Below, in pieces: positions 17,884-25,604 of a stretch of 39,062 nucleotides of DNA. The DNA is taken from the IMG/VR virus record IMGVR_UViG_3300036768_000895, positions 1 to 39,062 of that record; one strand, written 5' to 3'. The stretch is from a virus. Its lineage: Duplodnaviria; Caudoviricetes. The notes beneath the pieces were generated by a model. It was not told where the DNA came from, searched no databases, and worked only from the letters and a program-made list of their open reading frames with translations. Every line of letters starts with the position of its first letter. Position 1 is the first letter of the stretch. The position numbers and the translations under genes were made by a program.

Positions 17884-17912
17884 CGCAACTTCCGACTGCT
17901 GCGGAAGTTGCG
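17884..17912 (-). terminator. Hairpin downstream of tRNA fragment
   Basis: CGCAACTTCCG/CGGAAGTTGCG perfect 11-bp stem. Confidence 0.55.
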
Positions 17913-17921
17913 ATTCGCCAA

Positions 17922-17970
17922 GGTGGAGACGACCGGGATCGAACCGGCAACCCCAGCCTTGCAAAGGCTG
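17922..17970 (-). other. tRNA-Ala(TGC) 3' fragment, probable attP core
   Basis: Minus strand CAGCC TTTGCAA GGCTG (anticodon arm), GCCGG TTCGATC CCGGT (T arm), CGTCTCC-A-CC acceptor 3' strand with U70; no 5' acceptor strand or complete D arm. Confidence 0.8.
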
Positions 17971-17980
17971 TGGCGCTCGT

Positions 17981-18176
17981 GTCCCATTTCCCAAGTGTCC
18001 ATCTTCCTAGGTCCCCGGATTTTTTCGGCAATTTTCGCCCAAGGTCGGCCGAGTCTCTTGACGACTATTTATCCGGCGGTATAATAAAGGCGTCATCGGT
18101 GAGGGACCGATGGCGGCGGCCGCGGCCGACGCGGCGAAAGATCAGCGGGCCGGCAGCGCCGGCCGGGGAGGTTCCG
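17981..18176 (+). promoter_or_regulatory. Cassette leader copy 5
   Basis: TTGACG 18058-18063, TATAAT 18080-18085. Confidence 0.9.
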
Positions 18177-18545
18177 ATGGTCGAGATTATCCGGCAATTG
18201 TGCGACGTGGCGGTGCGTGAGGGCGACCCGGTGGGCGGGTCGATCTACATGCTGGCCTGGAGCGAGTGCCCGGGCGAAGATTGGCAGCGCCGGGTATGGC
18301 GCCATCGGCGGTGGCGCCAGTTCGCCTTCGGCGACGATCCGATGGGCTGGCTTCGTGCGGGCGAAGTCGTGGTCGAGTTCGTCGCTGATCTCCCGATCAA
18401 GACGGCCTATCTGGTCACGGGCGAAGTGGCCAACGGCTACATCCGTCTGGAGGCGCGGCAGACGGAGTCGGGGACGGTCAAAATCGACCTGCCGGACGGG
18501 CGCGTGATTGAGCGCCCCGACCCGCGGGACTGGTGGCGGGACTGA
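18177..18545 (+). CDS. VWR-GE-LPDG family paralog 4 (122 aa)
   Basis: RRVWRHRRW...RAGEVV...TAYLV...LPDGRVIERP. Confidence 0.8.
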   Translation: MVEIIRQLCDVAVREGDPVGGSIYMLAWSECPGEDWQRRVWRHRRWRQFAFGDDPMGWLRAGEVVVEFVADLPIKTAYLVTGEVANGYIRLEARQTESGTVKIDLPDGRVIERPDPRDWWRD

Positions 18546-18572
18546 TCGCCCCGGCGGCAATGACCGCCAACG

Positions 18573-18645
18573 GCCGCCGCCGTGTGCCCCCGAGCGGCGG
18601 CGGCCAGTGCTCTGTCGGGGGCGCTTCCGGCGCGCGGAGCGCCGG
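18573..18645 (+). repeat. Pseudoknot element copy 4 (+ hairpin)
   Basis: TCGGGGGC at 18615-18622. Confidence 0.85.
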
Positions 18646-18696
18646 GCCTCGTCACGTAATCACAGCGGGCCGGCAGGGCCGGCCGGGGAGGGAGCA

Positions 18697-19059
18697 ATGA
18701 ACGAGATCAGGTTTGACCTATCATCGGTGCCTTTCGCGTGGGTGGTGCATGCCGCGCGCCTGCGTGGGCGCGTGCTGGCGTGCGAAGACGTCAGCGACCC
18801 GGGCGCCGAGCTTGTGCTGCTGCGGCGGTTCGACCCGCCGATCAAGATCAAGCGCAGCGGGTCGGGCCGGGTGAACGAACAGTTTGCCCGGCGGCTGCGC
18901 GTCAACGTAATCGTTGAGGGTATGGGCGACGGCCAGGTCGTCGTCCGTGCCAGCCCGCGCAACCTGCGGGCCATCCAGGCCACCCTGCGCGACAAGGCCG
19001 AGTGGCAGCAGTTTCTCGAATCGTCGCGGCAGCCGCGGCAGCCGGGCCAGACGTGCTGA
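18697..19059 (+). CDS. Cassette hypothetical protein (120 aa), promoterless short leader
   Basis: Preceded by GTCACGTAATCACAGCG, the leader's third hairpin and an RBS. Confidence 0.7.
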   Translation: MNEIRFDLSSVPFAWVVHAARLRGRVLACEDVSDPGAELVLLRRFDPPIKIKRSGSGRVNEQFARRLRVNVIVEGMGDGQVVVRASPRNLRAIQATLRDKAEWQQFLESSRQPRQPGQTC

Positions 19060-19067
19060 CGGTAGGG

Positions 19068-19141
19068 GCCGCCGCCGTGTGCCCCCGAGCGGCGGCGGTT
19101 CAGCGGGCCATCGGGGGCGTTTCCGGCGCACGCAGCGCCGG
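19068..19141 (+). repeat. Pseudoknot element copy 5 (+ hairpin)
   Basis: Different linker but TCGGGGGC retained at 19111-19118. Confidence 0.85.
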
Positions 19142-19183
19142 GCCTTGTCACGTAATCACAGCGGGCCGGCCGGGGAGGTTTCG

Positions 19184-19537
19184 ATGGTCGAGGTTATCCG
19201 TGAGCTGTGCGACATCGCCTGGACCGAAGGCGATCCTGTCTGCGCGTCGGTGCCCATGCTTGGATTTGTGGACGTGACCACAACGTACGAACGCCGGGTA
19301 TGGCGCCGTGGGCGGTGGCGGGAGTTCGCCTCCGGCGATAACCCAGTCGGACGAGTGCGCGCCGGTGAAATCGTCATCGAGTACACGGAGGGCGCCCCCG
19401 TGACTACCGCGTATCTGATCACGGGCGAGGTCGCTTGTGGCTACATCCGTCTGGAGGCGCGGCAGACGGAGTCGGGGACGGTCAAAATCGACCTGCCGGA
19501 CGGGCGCGTGATTGAGCGCCCCGACCCGCGGGACTGA
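19184..19537 (+). CDS. VWR-GE-LPDG family paralog 5 (117 aa)
   Basis: RRVWRRGRW...RAGEIV...TAYLI...LPDGRVIERP; close paralog of the 18177 gene. Confidence 0.8.
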   Translation: MVEVIRELCDIAWTEGDPVCASVPMLGFVDVTTTYERRVWRRGRWREFASGDNPVGRVRAGEIVIEYTEGAPVTTAYLITGEVACGYIRLEARQTESGTVKIDLPDGRVIERPDPRD

Positions 19538-19545
19538 TCGCCGCG

Positions 19546-19618
19546 GCCGCCGCCGTGTGCCCCCGAGCGGCGGCGGCCAGTGTTCTATCGGGGGCGGTTC
19601 CGGCGCACGCAGCGCCGG
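19546..19618 (+). repeat. Pseudoknot element copy 6 (+ hairpin)
   Basis: TCGGGGGC at 19588-19595. Confidence 0.85.
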
Positions 19619-19641
19619 GCATTGGGGCCTGGACGGCGACC

Positions 19642-19838
19642 AGTCCCATTTTCCCAAGTGTCCACCTTCCCGGGGCCGCGGATTTTTTTCGAGATTTTTT
19701 CCCCAAGGTCGGCCGCGGCTATTGACGACTATTTATCCGGCGGTATAATTAAGGCGTCATCGGTGAGGGACCGATGGCGGTGGCCGCGGCCGACGCGGCG
19801 GAAATCAGCGGGCCGGGAAGACCGGCCGGGAGGGTCCG
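19642..19838 (+). promoter_or_regulatory. Cassette leader copy 6
   Basis: TTGACG 19722-19727, TATAAT 19744-19749. Confidence 0.9.
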
Positions 19839-20099
19839 ATGAACGACAATCGCACGCTTGATCAGGTCCTGTATGCTCGGGGGAGCGCCCTGCCGAAGGG
19901 TTGGCGCTGGGGGGCGCAGTTTTCCATCCGCGGCGGAGCAATCGCGGGGCACTACGCTATCCGTGAAAGCGATGGGTTTTCGGTCATGGTCGCCGAGTCC
20001 GGCGAATCGGACGCCCCGAGCCCGGCGGCCGCGATTCGGGCCGCCATCGCCGACGGCGTGATTCCGCGGGCGCAGCGGCGGGCCCGGGCGCAGCAGTAA
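19839..20099 (+). CDS. Cassette hypothetical protein (86 aa)
   Basis: Fills the leader-to-pseudoknot slot. Confidence 0.75.
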   Translation: MNDNRTLDQVLYARGSALPKGWRWGAQFSIRGGAIAGHYAIRESDGFSVMVAESGESDAPSPAAAIRAAIADGVIPRAQRRARAQQ

Positions 20100-20109
20100 G
20101 CGGGCCGCG

Positions 20110-20182
20110 GCCGCCGCCGTGTGCCCCCGAGCGGCGGCGGCCAATGCTTGATCGGGGGCGCTTCCGGCGCGCGGAGCGCCGG
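20110..20182 (+). repeat. Pseudoknot element copy 7 (+ hairpin)
   Basis: TCGGGGGC at 20152-20159. Confidence 0.85.
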
Positions 20183-20187
20183 GCAAA

Positions 20188-20355
20188 GGTCGGTCCCCCT
20201 TCCTGCGAGTGCAGCAAGCCTGCGGACGACCACGCTGAGGCGCCAGCGTGACCGTGGGTGAGGTCCCGGAGAGGCCGGAGCCGGGGCGCGGGAATCGACC
20301 CGCAGTGGGGCGGCGGCGTGCGCGTTGCCTAACCCCTAGGGGCCGACCGTTTTTT
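20188..20355 (+). ncRNA. Candidate structured RNA, copy B
   Basis: Homolog of 15989-16152; GGTCGGTCCC/GGGGCCGACC closing stem then T6. Confidence 0.55.
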
Positions 20356-20370
20356 CTAGGAGCTACGACG

Positions 20371-20856
20371 ATGAAAGAGGATCGCAAATGCCCTACATGC
20401 GGGGCGCAGTGGACCGTGGAGATCGAACGTGTCCGGGGCGATTCCGTGCCGAGCCCGGACGAAATGGGCACGCGCATCCAGTCGTGGACGGTCGAGCGCG
20501 TGGTCGATGGCACGCCGTGCGATTGTGCCCGGCGTGCCGAAGAGGATGCGGCGCGCCGGGCCAAAGAGTCGCGCGAAGCGGCTGCCCAGCGCCAACGCGA
20601 TGCTGCCGCCCTGTATCGCGAGCTGATGAGCTATGGCGGTCCGCTGCCAGAGGACACGCCGATGCGGCTGCCCGACTACGACTGGGGCGGCTGGAGCGAC
20701 CCGCGGCCGCTCGGGCGGTTTTCGTCGCGCTTCTGGACGTGGCATGGCGATCTGTACTACGTATCGCCCAGCGAGCAAACCGCGGTCAAATTGGACCGCG
20801 GCGCGAAGCTCATTGACGGCGAGCTGCGGGTGTCCGACCCGTGGCTGCTGATGTAG
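20371..20856 (+). CDS. Hypothetical protein with CxxC...CxC (possible Zn ribbon), 161 aa
   Basis: AGGAG RBS, MKEDRKCPTCG...PCDC. Confidence 0.7.
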   Translation: MKEDRKCPTCGAQWTVEIERVRGDSVPSPDEMGTRIQSWTVERVVDGTPCDCARRAEEDAARRAKESREAAAQRQRDAAALYRELMSYGGPLPEDTPMRLPDYDWGGWSDPRPLGRFSSRFWTWHGDLYYVSPSEQTAVKLDRGAKLIDGELRVSDPWLLM

Positions 20857-20864
20857 TCTTCCCC

Positions 20865-20917
20865 CGCCTTCGCCGTGTGCCCCCGAGCGGCGATGGCGGC
20901 GCTGAGCTATCGGGGGC
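20865..20917 (+). repeat. Pseudoknot element copy 8
   Basis: Altered stem CGCC-T-TCGCCG/CGGCGA-T-GGCG still pairs; TCGGGGGC at 20910-20917. Confidence 0.8.
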
Positions 20918-20957
20918 GCTGTGGGCGGGCGCACCGCCCAGAGGATTGCCAGCGCAC

Positions 20958-21010
20958 GTGCTGGCTGAGCTGCTGTCGCTAGTGCCCCAGGACGCCTTGC
21001 ACCGCACGCG
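20958..21010 (+). pseudogene. Remnant of the C-terminus of a 22329-23093-like gene
   Basis: VLAELLSLVPQDAL matches LLAEILALVPQDAL at ~22932-22973. Confidence 0.6.
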
Positions 21011-21035
21011 CGGCCGGCGTCGGGGCTTTGATATT

Positions 21036-21542
21036 ATGTGGCAAGAAAGCTTCATTAAGAACGACACGGCAGTTCTTTCGCGGGCTGATGTTCAGCACCA
21101 GGCGAACGCCGAGTTCCTGCGTCGGGCTGCCGCTATGGCTGTCAGCCGTAAACACCCGTCGGGGGATGCGCATTCGATGTATTCGATTCGCGCTGCGTTC
21201 AAACATTACAGCCTCCGCGACAACTGCCATGAACACTGGGCGCGGGCGGTGTGGCGTCCGCACTGCGGGCGCTGGCGGTGGCAGTATTTCGGCCATCGCT
21301 CATTGGCCGTCAACAAGCGGAAAGATTACGTCCTGGGCGTCGTCTGGCCCGGCGAACTCATAGCACAGTATGAGTTCACGGGCCTTCTTACGGGCCCAGC
21401 AACTGTCACAGCCGCGCTTCTTGTGCTTGAAAACGGTCTTCTGTGCCCGTTGCGATTTATCTCGCGACGGCCCGAGTTGCGTGTTCAGTTGCCGGGAGGG
21501 AGAGTTCTTGTCCTGCCGGCCGTCCGCACGAAATGGAGCTAG
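21036..21542 (+). CDS. VWR-GE-LPDG family paralog 6, divergent (start uncertain)
   Basis: RAVWRPHCGRW...WPGELI...AALLV...LPGGRVLVLP. Confidence 0.65.
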   Translation: MWQESFIKNDTAVLSRADVQHQANAEFLRRAAAMAVSRKHPSGDAHSMYSIRAAFKHYSLRDNCHEHWARAVWRPHCGRWRWQYFGHRSLAVNKRKDYVLGVVWPGELIAQYEFTGLLTGPATVTAALLVLENGLLCPLRFISRRPELRVQLPGGRVLVLPAVRTKWS

Positions 21543-21544
21543 GC

Positions 21545-22192
21545 ATGAAACACCTGACAACACGAAACGCGGCTGAAAAGTATCTGCGGGAGCTGCTCGG
21601 CCCGTATCATCGGGCCATTGAGGCGCTGCTCAAAGAAACAGCACCCGACCGTCACGCGCGGCGCGTGATCGCCGCACGGGAAGCGGCGAGGGCGTGGGTT
21701 ATCGCCCATCACGGGCAAGGCTTGTCGCAGCCGCTTAGCGATGAGGTGTTAGCGGCCTACACCAACGCTGTTTTGATCGCCGAGTGCTTTGGCGTCGGCG
21801 GGCGGGACGGCGTATCCGGGGCCAGCACCACGCGGCATCCTGCTTTCGTCGCGCTCGGCCGCGGCAGGAAGCACGCTGCCGACGGCGCCGCGTGGGACGC
21901 CGCCATCCGCGATGCCGTCGATTCGTCCCCTGGCCATTTTCGGCCCGGCGGCAGTGGCACCACGTCGCTGTTTTTCGAGGCAGGGCCTATCCTGATTTGC
22001 CCCGGAGCGGCGATTATCCCGCATGCCTGGCAGCGCACAATCGCGCGCGAAGGCTTGCGCCGATCTGTCGGCCTTGACCCGTGGTTCCCGGAGCTGGTCG
22101 GCTACGTGCTGGCCAACCAAGACAATTGCGCGGATTGGGCGCGCGTGGTTGAATACCTTGAGCTCAGCACCGGTGCCACCGGTGGCAAATAA
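21545..22192 (+). CDS. Hypothetical protein (215 aa)
   Basis: ATG 2 nt after the upstream stop; ends at pseudoknot copy 9. Confidence 0.65.
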   Translation: MKHLTTRNAAEKYLRELLGPYHRAIEALLKETAPDRHARRVIAAREAARAWVIAHHGQGLSQPLSDEVLAAYTNAVLIAECFGVGGRDGVSGASTTRHPAFVALGRGRKHAADGAAWDAAIRDAVDSSPGHFRPGGSGTTSLFFEAGPILICPGAAIIPHAWQRTIAREGLRRSVGLDPWFPELVGYVLANQDNCADWARVVEYLELSTGATGGK

Positions 22193-22240
22193 CCGCCGTG
22201 TGCCCCCGAGCGGCGGCGGTAGCGCTGAGCTATCGGGGGC
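22192..22240 (+). repeat. Pseudoknot element copy 9
   Basis: Shortened stem, invariant loop, TCGGGGGC at 22233-22240. Confidence 0.8.
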
Positions 22241-22328
22241 GCTGTGGGCGGGCGGACCGCCCAGACGATCACCAGCCCAGGTGCTGGCGGCGCGCCGGCT
22301 TGGCCGAGACGACCGGAGGAGTGTTGCC

Positions 22329-23093
22329 ATGTGTGCAGTCGTTAAAGTGACCGTTCAGAGGACGGCGGACTGGGTGCGTGCGCGGCGGATCGAAACCGGC
22401 GCGAATGTGCCCGAACGGATCGAGGTTGCGGTGCCCGTGGATCAGCTCCCGCGCGAAGTGCGGGAGCTGCTGATCGAGGCGGGCGGCGGGAAGTATCCAT
22501 CGGATTTCGCGGGCGATTTTCGGCAAGACTTCCGGTGGATGTATCGCTCCGATTTGCGGTACGGGCGCGTGCCGATCATCCTGGACGTTGACCAGCCGAC
22601 GCCCGCGGAGATTGCCGCGGCGATTCTGGCTGCCGACGCGGAGCGCCGGCGGATGAAGAGTGAGGCGGAGGAAAAGGCCCGCCAGATTGCCCAGCGAGAA
22701 CGGGCCCGTGCCGAAGAGTGGGCGCGGCTGCCGCTACAGCAGCGGGCCAGCGCGGCGGGCGTGTGCGTCGCCCGCGACCCGCAGACTGGCGCCATGAGCG
22801 CTTGCGGTGCGCAAGTGTACGATGTGTCGGCGCTGCGGAAGTACGTTCCCGAGGCGCTAAACGAAGCGATGCGCGAAGTCGAGCGGCTGCGCGAGATTGA
22901 GCGCGGCAAAGAAGCGATCCAGCATCGCGCGCTGCTGGCTGAGATACTGGCGCTGGTGCCGCAGGACGCGCTGCGGCACGCGCTGAAACTGGCGGCCGCC
23001 AGCGGAATCGGCGGCAAGCCGGCGCCCATCGAGGACGTGCGGCGGCAAGTCCGAAAGGCGTGTGAAGCGGGCGGCGTCGAGGTGACGCTGTAG
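22329..23093 (+). CDS. Hypothetical protein (254 aa) with coiled-coil-like segment
   Basis: GGAGGAG RBS before ATG 22329. Confidence 0.7.
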   Translation: MCAVVKVTVQRTADWVRARRIETGANVPERIEVAVPVDQLPREVRELLIEAGGGKYPSDFAGDFRQDFRWMYRSDLRYGRVPIILDVDQPTPAEIAAAILAADAERRRMKSEAEEKARQIAQRERARAEEWARLPLQQRASAAGVCVARDPQTGAMSACGAQVYDVSALRKYVPEALNEAMREVERLREIERGKEAIQHRALLAEILALVPQDALRHALKLAAASGIGGKPAPIEDVRRQVRKACEAGGVEVTL

Positions 23094-23186
23094 GCCGCGT
23101 GGCGTTTCTTGCGAGGCGGCCGCTGCGCGAGCGAGCGGCGGCCGCCGTATCGGGAGCGAGTGAGCAGGGCGAACGGAGTCGGCCGA

Positions 23187-24020
23187 ATGCGTCGCAAGCT
23201 GTGTGCATTTCCGTATTTCGGGGGCAAGTGGTACCAGCTCAAGGATATTCTGCCCCTGCTGCCTGACTGCCACCATTACGTCGAGCCGTTCTGCGGGTCG
23301 GCGGCGGTGCTCATCAACCGGCCGCCCGCACCTATCGAAACCGCCAACGACATCAACGAGGACCTGGTAACGTTCTTTCGCGTCTTGCGGGAGCAGCCGG
23401 ACGCGCTCGTGGAAGCGCTGCGGCTGACGCCGTACGCCCGCGCCGAGTTGTGGGACTCGCACGCCGAAATCCTCGACGATTTACCGCCGGTGGAGCGGGC
23501 CCGGCGGTTTTTCGTGCGCACCATGCAGACGCGCTCCGGGCTGGGCGGCGGCGGCCGATACCGGAACTCGTGGAGCTACGGCGTGACAAGGTCGCCGGTT
23601 TCAAGGTGGCTGTCGCATGTGGAGTCGCTGCACAAGCTGGCCAAGCGACTGCGGCGAGTGCAAATCGAGTGTCGCGACGCGCTCGACGTGATCGCGGCGT
23701 ATGACGCACCTGGGACGCTGTTTTTCGTTGATCCGCCGTATGCGTTCGATGCGCGCGAAGACAAGTCACGCAACGTGTATGCGGTCGAGTTCACGGACCA
23801 GTGCCATCGAAAGCTCGCCGACGTATTGGGTCGCGTGGCGGCCAAAGTGGCGCTGACCACGTACGAGTCTCCGCTGATGCGCGCGCTGTACCCAGAGGAC
23901 CGCTGGCAGTGGATCGAATGCGGACGGAATGTCGTCTATGCCAGTTCGGACCGGAGCAAGCCGCGCAAATCCGAGTTCCTTGTGACGAACTACCCGCCGC
24001 CGCAGCGATTGCTCGTATGA
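23187..24020 (+). CDS. DNA adenine methyltransferase (Dam/D12 class)
   Basis: FPYFGGK, YVEPFCGSAAV, NDIN, FFVDPPY, EFLVTNY motifs. Confidence 0.92.
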   Translation: MRRKLCAFPYFGGKWYQLKDILPLLPDCHHYVEPFCGSAAVLINRPPAPIETANDINEDLVTFFRVLREQPDALVEALRLTPYARAELWDSHAEILDDLPPVERARRFFVRTMQTRSGLGGGGRYRNSWSYGVTRSPVSRWLSHVESLHKLAKRLRRVQIECRDALDVIAAYDAPGTLFFVDPPYAFDAREDKSRNVYAVEFTDQCHRKLADVLGRVAAKVALTTYESPLMRALYPEDRWQWIECGRNVVYASSDRSKPRKSEFLVTNYPPPQRLLV

Positions 24021-24106
24021 CGGCGCGACGCGGTACGATCCACCAAAGCGGCGCGCGGCGAAAGTACGCGGGCCGCGCAGCGGATACGTGGACCTGCGGT
24101 CGGAGC

Positions 24107-24135
24107 TTGCACCAGAATATGACCCGCTGTATAAT
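24107..24135 (+). promoter_or_regulatory. Sigma70-like promoter
   Basis: TTGCAC-17 nt-TATAAT in an intergenic gap. Confidence 0.7.
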
Positions 24136-24188
24136 CCGCTGGGCGGCGTGGGCTGCCCGTTTCGCATGTCATTATGGGAGGCGCTGGG

Positions 24189-25145
24189 ATGACGCTGTAT
24201 GTAATCTTTGGTGCGCCGGACCCGGAGGCGCAGGCGGCCAGGGAGCTGTGCGAGTCGTGCCGCGTGTCGTACGGTCAGGCCGTGTCGTTTCTGACGAGTC
24301 GCGACGTTTCGGCCGCCGACGCCTACGAGGCGGAAAACTGGCGGTCGCAATTTGGGTTGCCGCTGCGGGCGGGGTCGCGCGTCCTGCTGTTCGAGTGTGA
24401 CGGGGACGGGCTCCGCAAACATTTTCCAGCAGGATGTTATGCCGTGCGGCTAGACCATCATCGGCCGCTTGACCGCGGCTGGGGCAAGCCGCCGGCCGAG
24501 TTCTGGCCGGCATCGTCGCTGGGGCAATTGGTCGCCGAACTGGCCCGGGACGGCTTGCTGAAAGGCGAAGGGCCAGAGGCGGGCGACCTGAAACCTGGCA
24601 CCAGCGTCTGGGACGCGCCGAGCGCGACGTGGCGCGTCGCCACGCGGCAGCGCACGTGGTGGACCGTCCCGACCGATTACGTGCTCGCGGCAGCCGCCGA
24701 TCATTGTCTGGCGGCGGCTTACCGGGGGGAGTGCCCGGGCGTCGAGCCCGACCAGCTCATGGCCTGGCGGATCAAGTCGCGGGCGGAGTTCCAGGGACGG
24801 CCGGTTGAGGCGCTCATGGCGGACGTGGAGCGAGCCCGCGAGGCGTTGCGCCAGGCCCCCAAGATTGACCTGGGCGGCGAGCTGGTGGCCGACCTGCGAG
24901 GCCAGGTCGTGCCGGAGCTCCCGGAGGCGGCCGCCCGGGAAGGCGTTGCGTTTCTGGCCACGCCGCCCGTGCGGGCCGGCGAGCGGCGAAAGGTGGTCTT
25001 GCAGTGCGCTGGCCCGGCGGCCCTGACCGCGTGGCGCCCATGGGCGATTGCGCAGGGGCTGGTGGACCTGTACGGCGGCGACGCCAGCCGCGGTTTTGCT
25101 GGAGGATATATCCCAGATGGCCAAACGGGCAAAACACAAGCCTGA
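24189..25145 (+). CDS. Hypothetical protein, possible DHH-family phosphoesterase
   Basis: GAPDPE, LLFECD, RLDHHRP, AADH, C-terminal GG...RGFAGG; GGGAGG RBS. Confidence 0.5.
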   Translation: MTLYVIFGAPDPEAQAARELCESCRVSYGQAVSFLTSRDVSAADAYEAENWRSQFGLPLRAGSRVLLFECDGDGLRKHFPAGCYAVRLDHHRPLDRGWGKPPAEFWPASSLGQLVAELARDGLLKGEGPEAGDLKPGTSVWDAPSATWRVATRQRTWWTVPTDYVLAAAADHCLAAAYRGECPGVEPDQLMAWRIKSRAEFQGRPVEALMADVERAREALRQAPKIDLGGELVADLRGQVVPELPEAAAREGVAFLATPPVRAGERRKVVLQCAGPAALTAWRPWAIAQGLVDLYGGDASRGFAGGYIPDGQTGKTQA

Positions 25146-25416
25146 CAAGTCGCGTGTGGGGACGAGTCGGGCAGGGATTGGTCGGCCGCGGGCGCTGGCC
25201 CCGAAGTATCGCTCGCCGCTGCATGCGACGTTCTGCGAGCGCTTGCTGGCGGCACGCCTGGCCGCCGGACTGACGCAGAAGCAGGCCGCCCAGCGCGCGA
25301 AAATTGCCGTCATCATGTGGTGCTTCTACGAGACGGGCAGGCGCCAGCCAAGTTTGGGGGCGCTGGAGCGGCTGGCGGCAGCGGTGGAGTGCGAACCCGC
25401 CGACCTGCTGCGGTAG
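25117..25416 (+). CDS. Xre/Cro-family HTH regulator
   Basis: RLAAGLTQKQAAQRAKI...YETGRRQPSL..L.RLA.A. Confidence 0.85.
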   Translation: MAKRAKHKPDKSRVGTSRAGIGRPRALAPKYRSPLHATFCERLLAARLAAGLTQKQAAQRAKIAVIMWCFYETGRRQPSLGALERLAAAVECEPADLLR

Positions 25417-25460
25417 GCGATTGCCGGGCGACTGCCTCGTTTTCGTCGTGGCAGTTCCGC

Positions 25461-25488
25461 TTGACGAGTTTCAAGTAAAAGGTAAGAT
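25461..25488 (+). promoter_or_regulatory. Sigma70-like promoter upstream of recombinase
   Basis: TTGACG-16 nt-TAAGAT. Confidence 0.6.
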
Positions 25489-25604
25489 GTAGGACACAGG
25501 AGGACCACGAAGGACCATGGCGGGGCAGCGGCGCATGGACGGTAGGCATGAGGCCAGATCAAACAGCCGCGCCCGTCTTTTCGCGCGGGGATCGGGAGTG
25601 ACAG

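Noticed and set aside
17922-17995. Functional tRNA-Ala gene
   Set aside because: The 5' acceptor strand and D arm are missing, replaced by cassette leader 5; it ends CCT, not CCA
18435-19536. Diversity-generating retroelement TR/VR pair
   Set aside because: The shared patch is identical rather than differing at adenines, and no reverse transcriptase is encoded
14741-22240. CRISPR array
   Set aside because: Repeats are separated by whole genes hundreds of nt long, not 30-40 nt spacers; no cas genes seen
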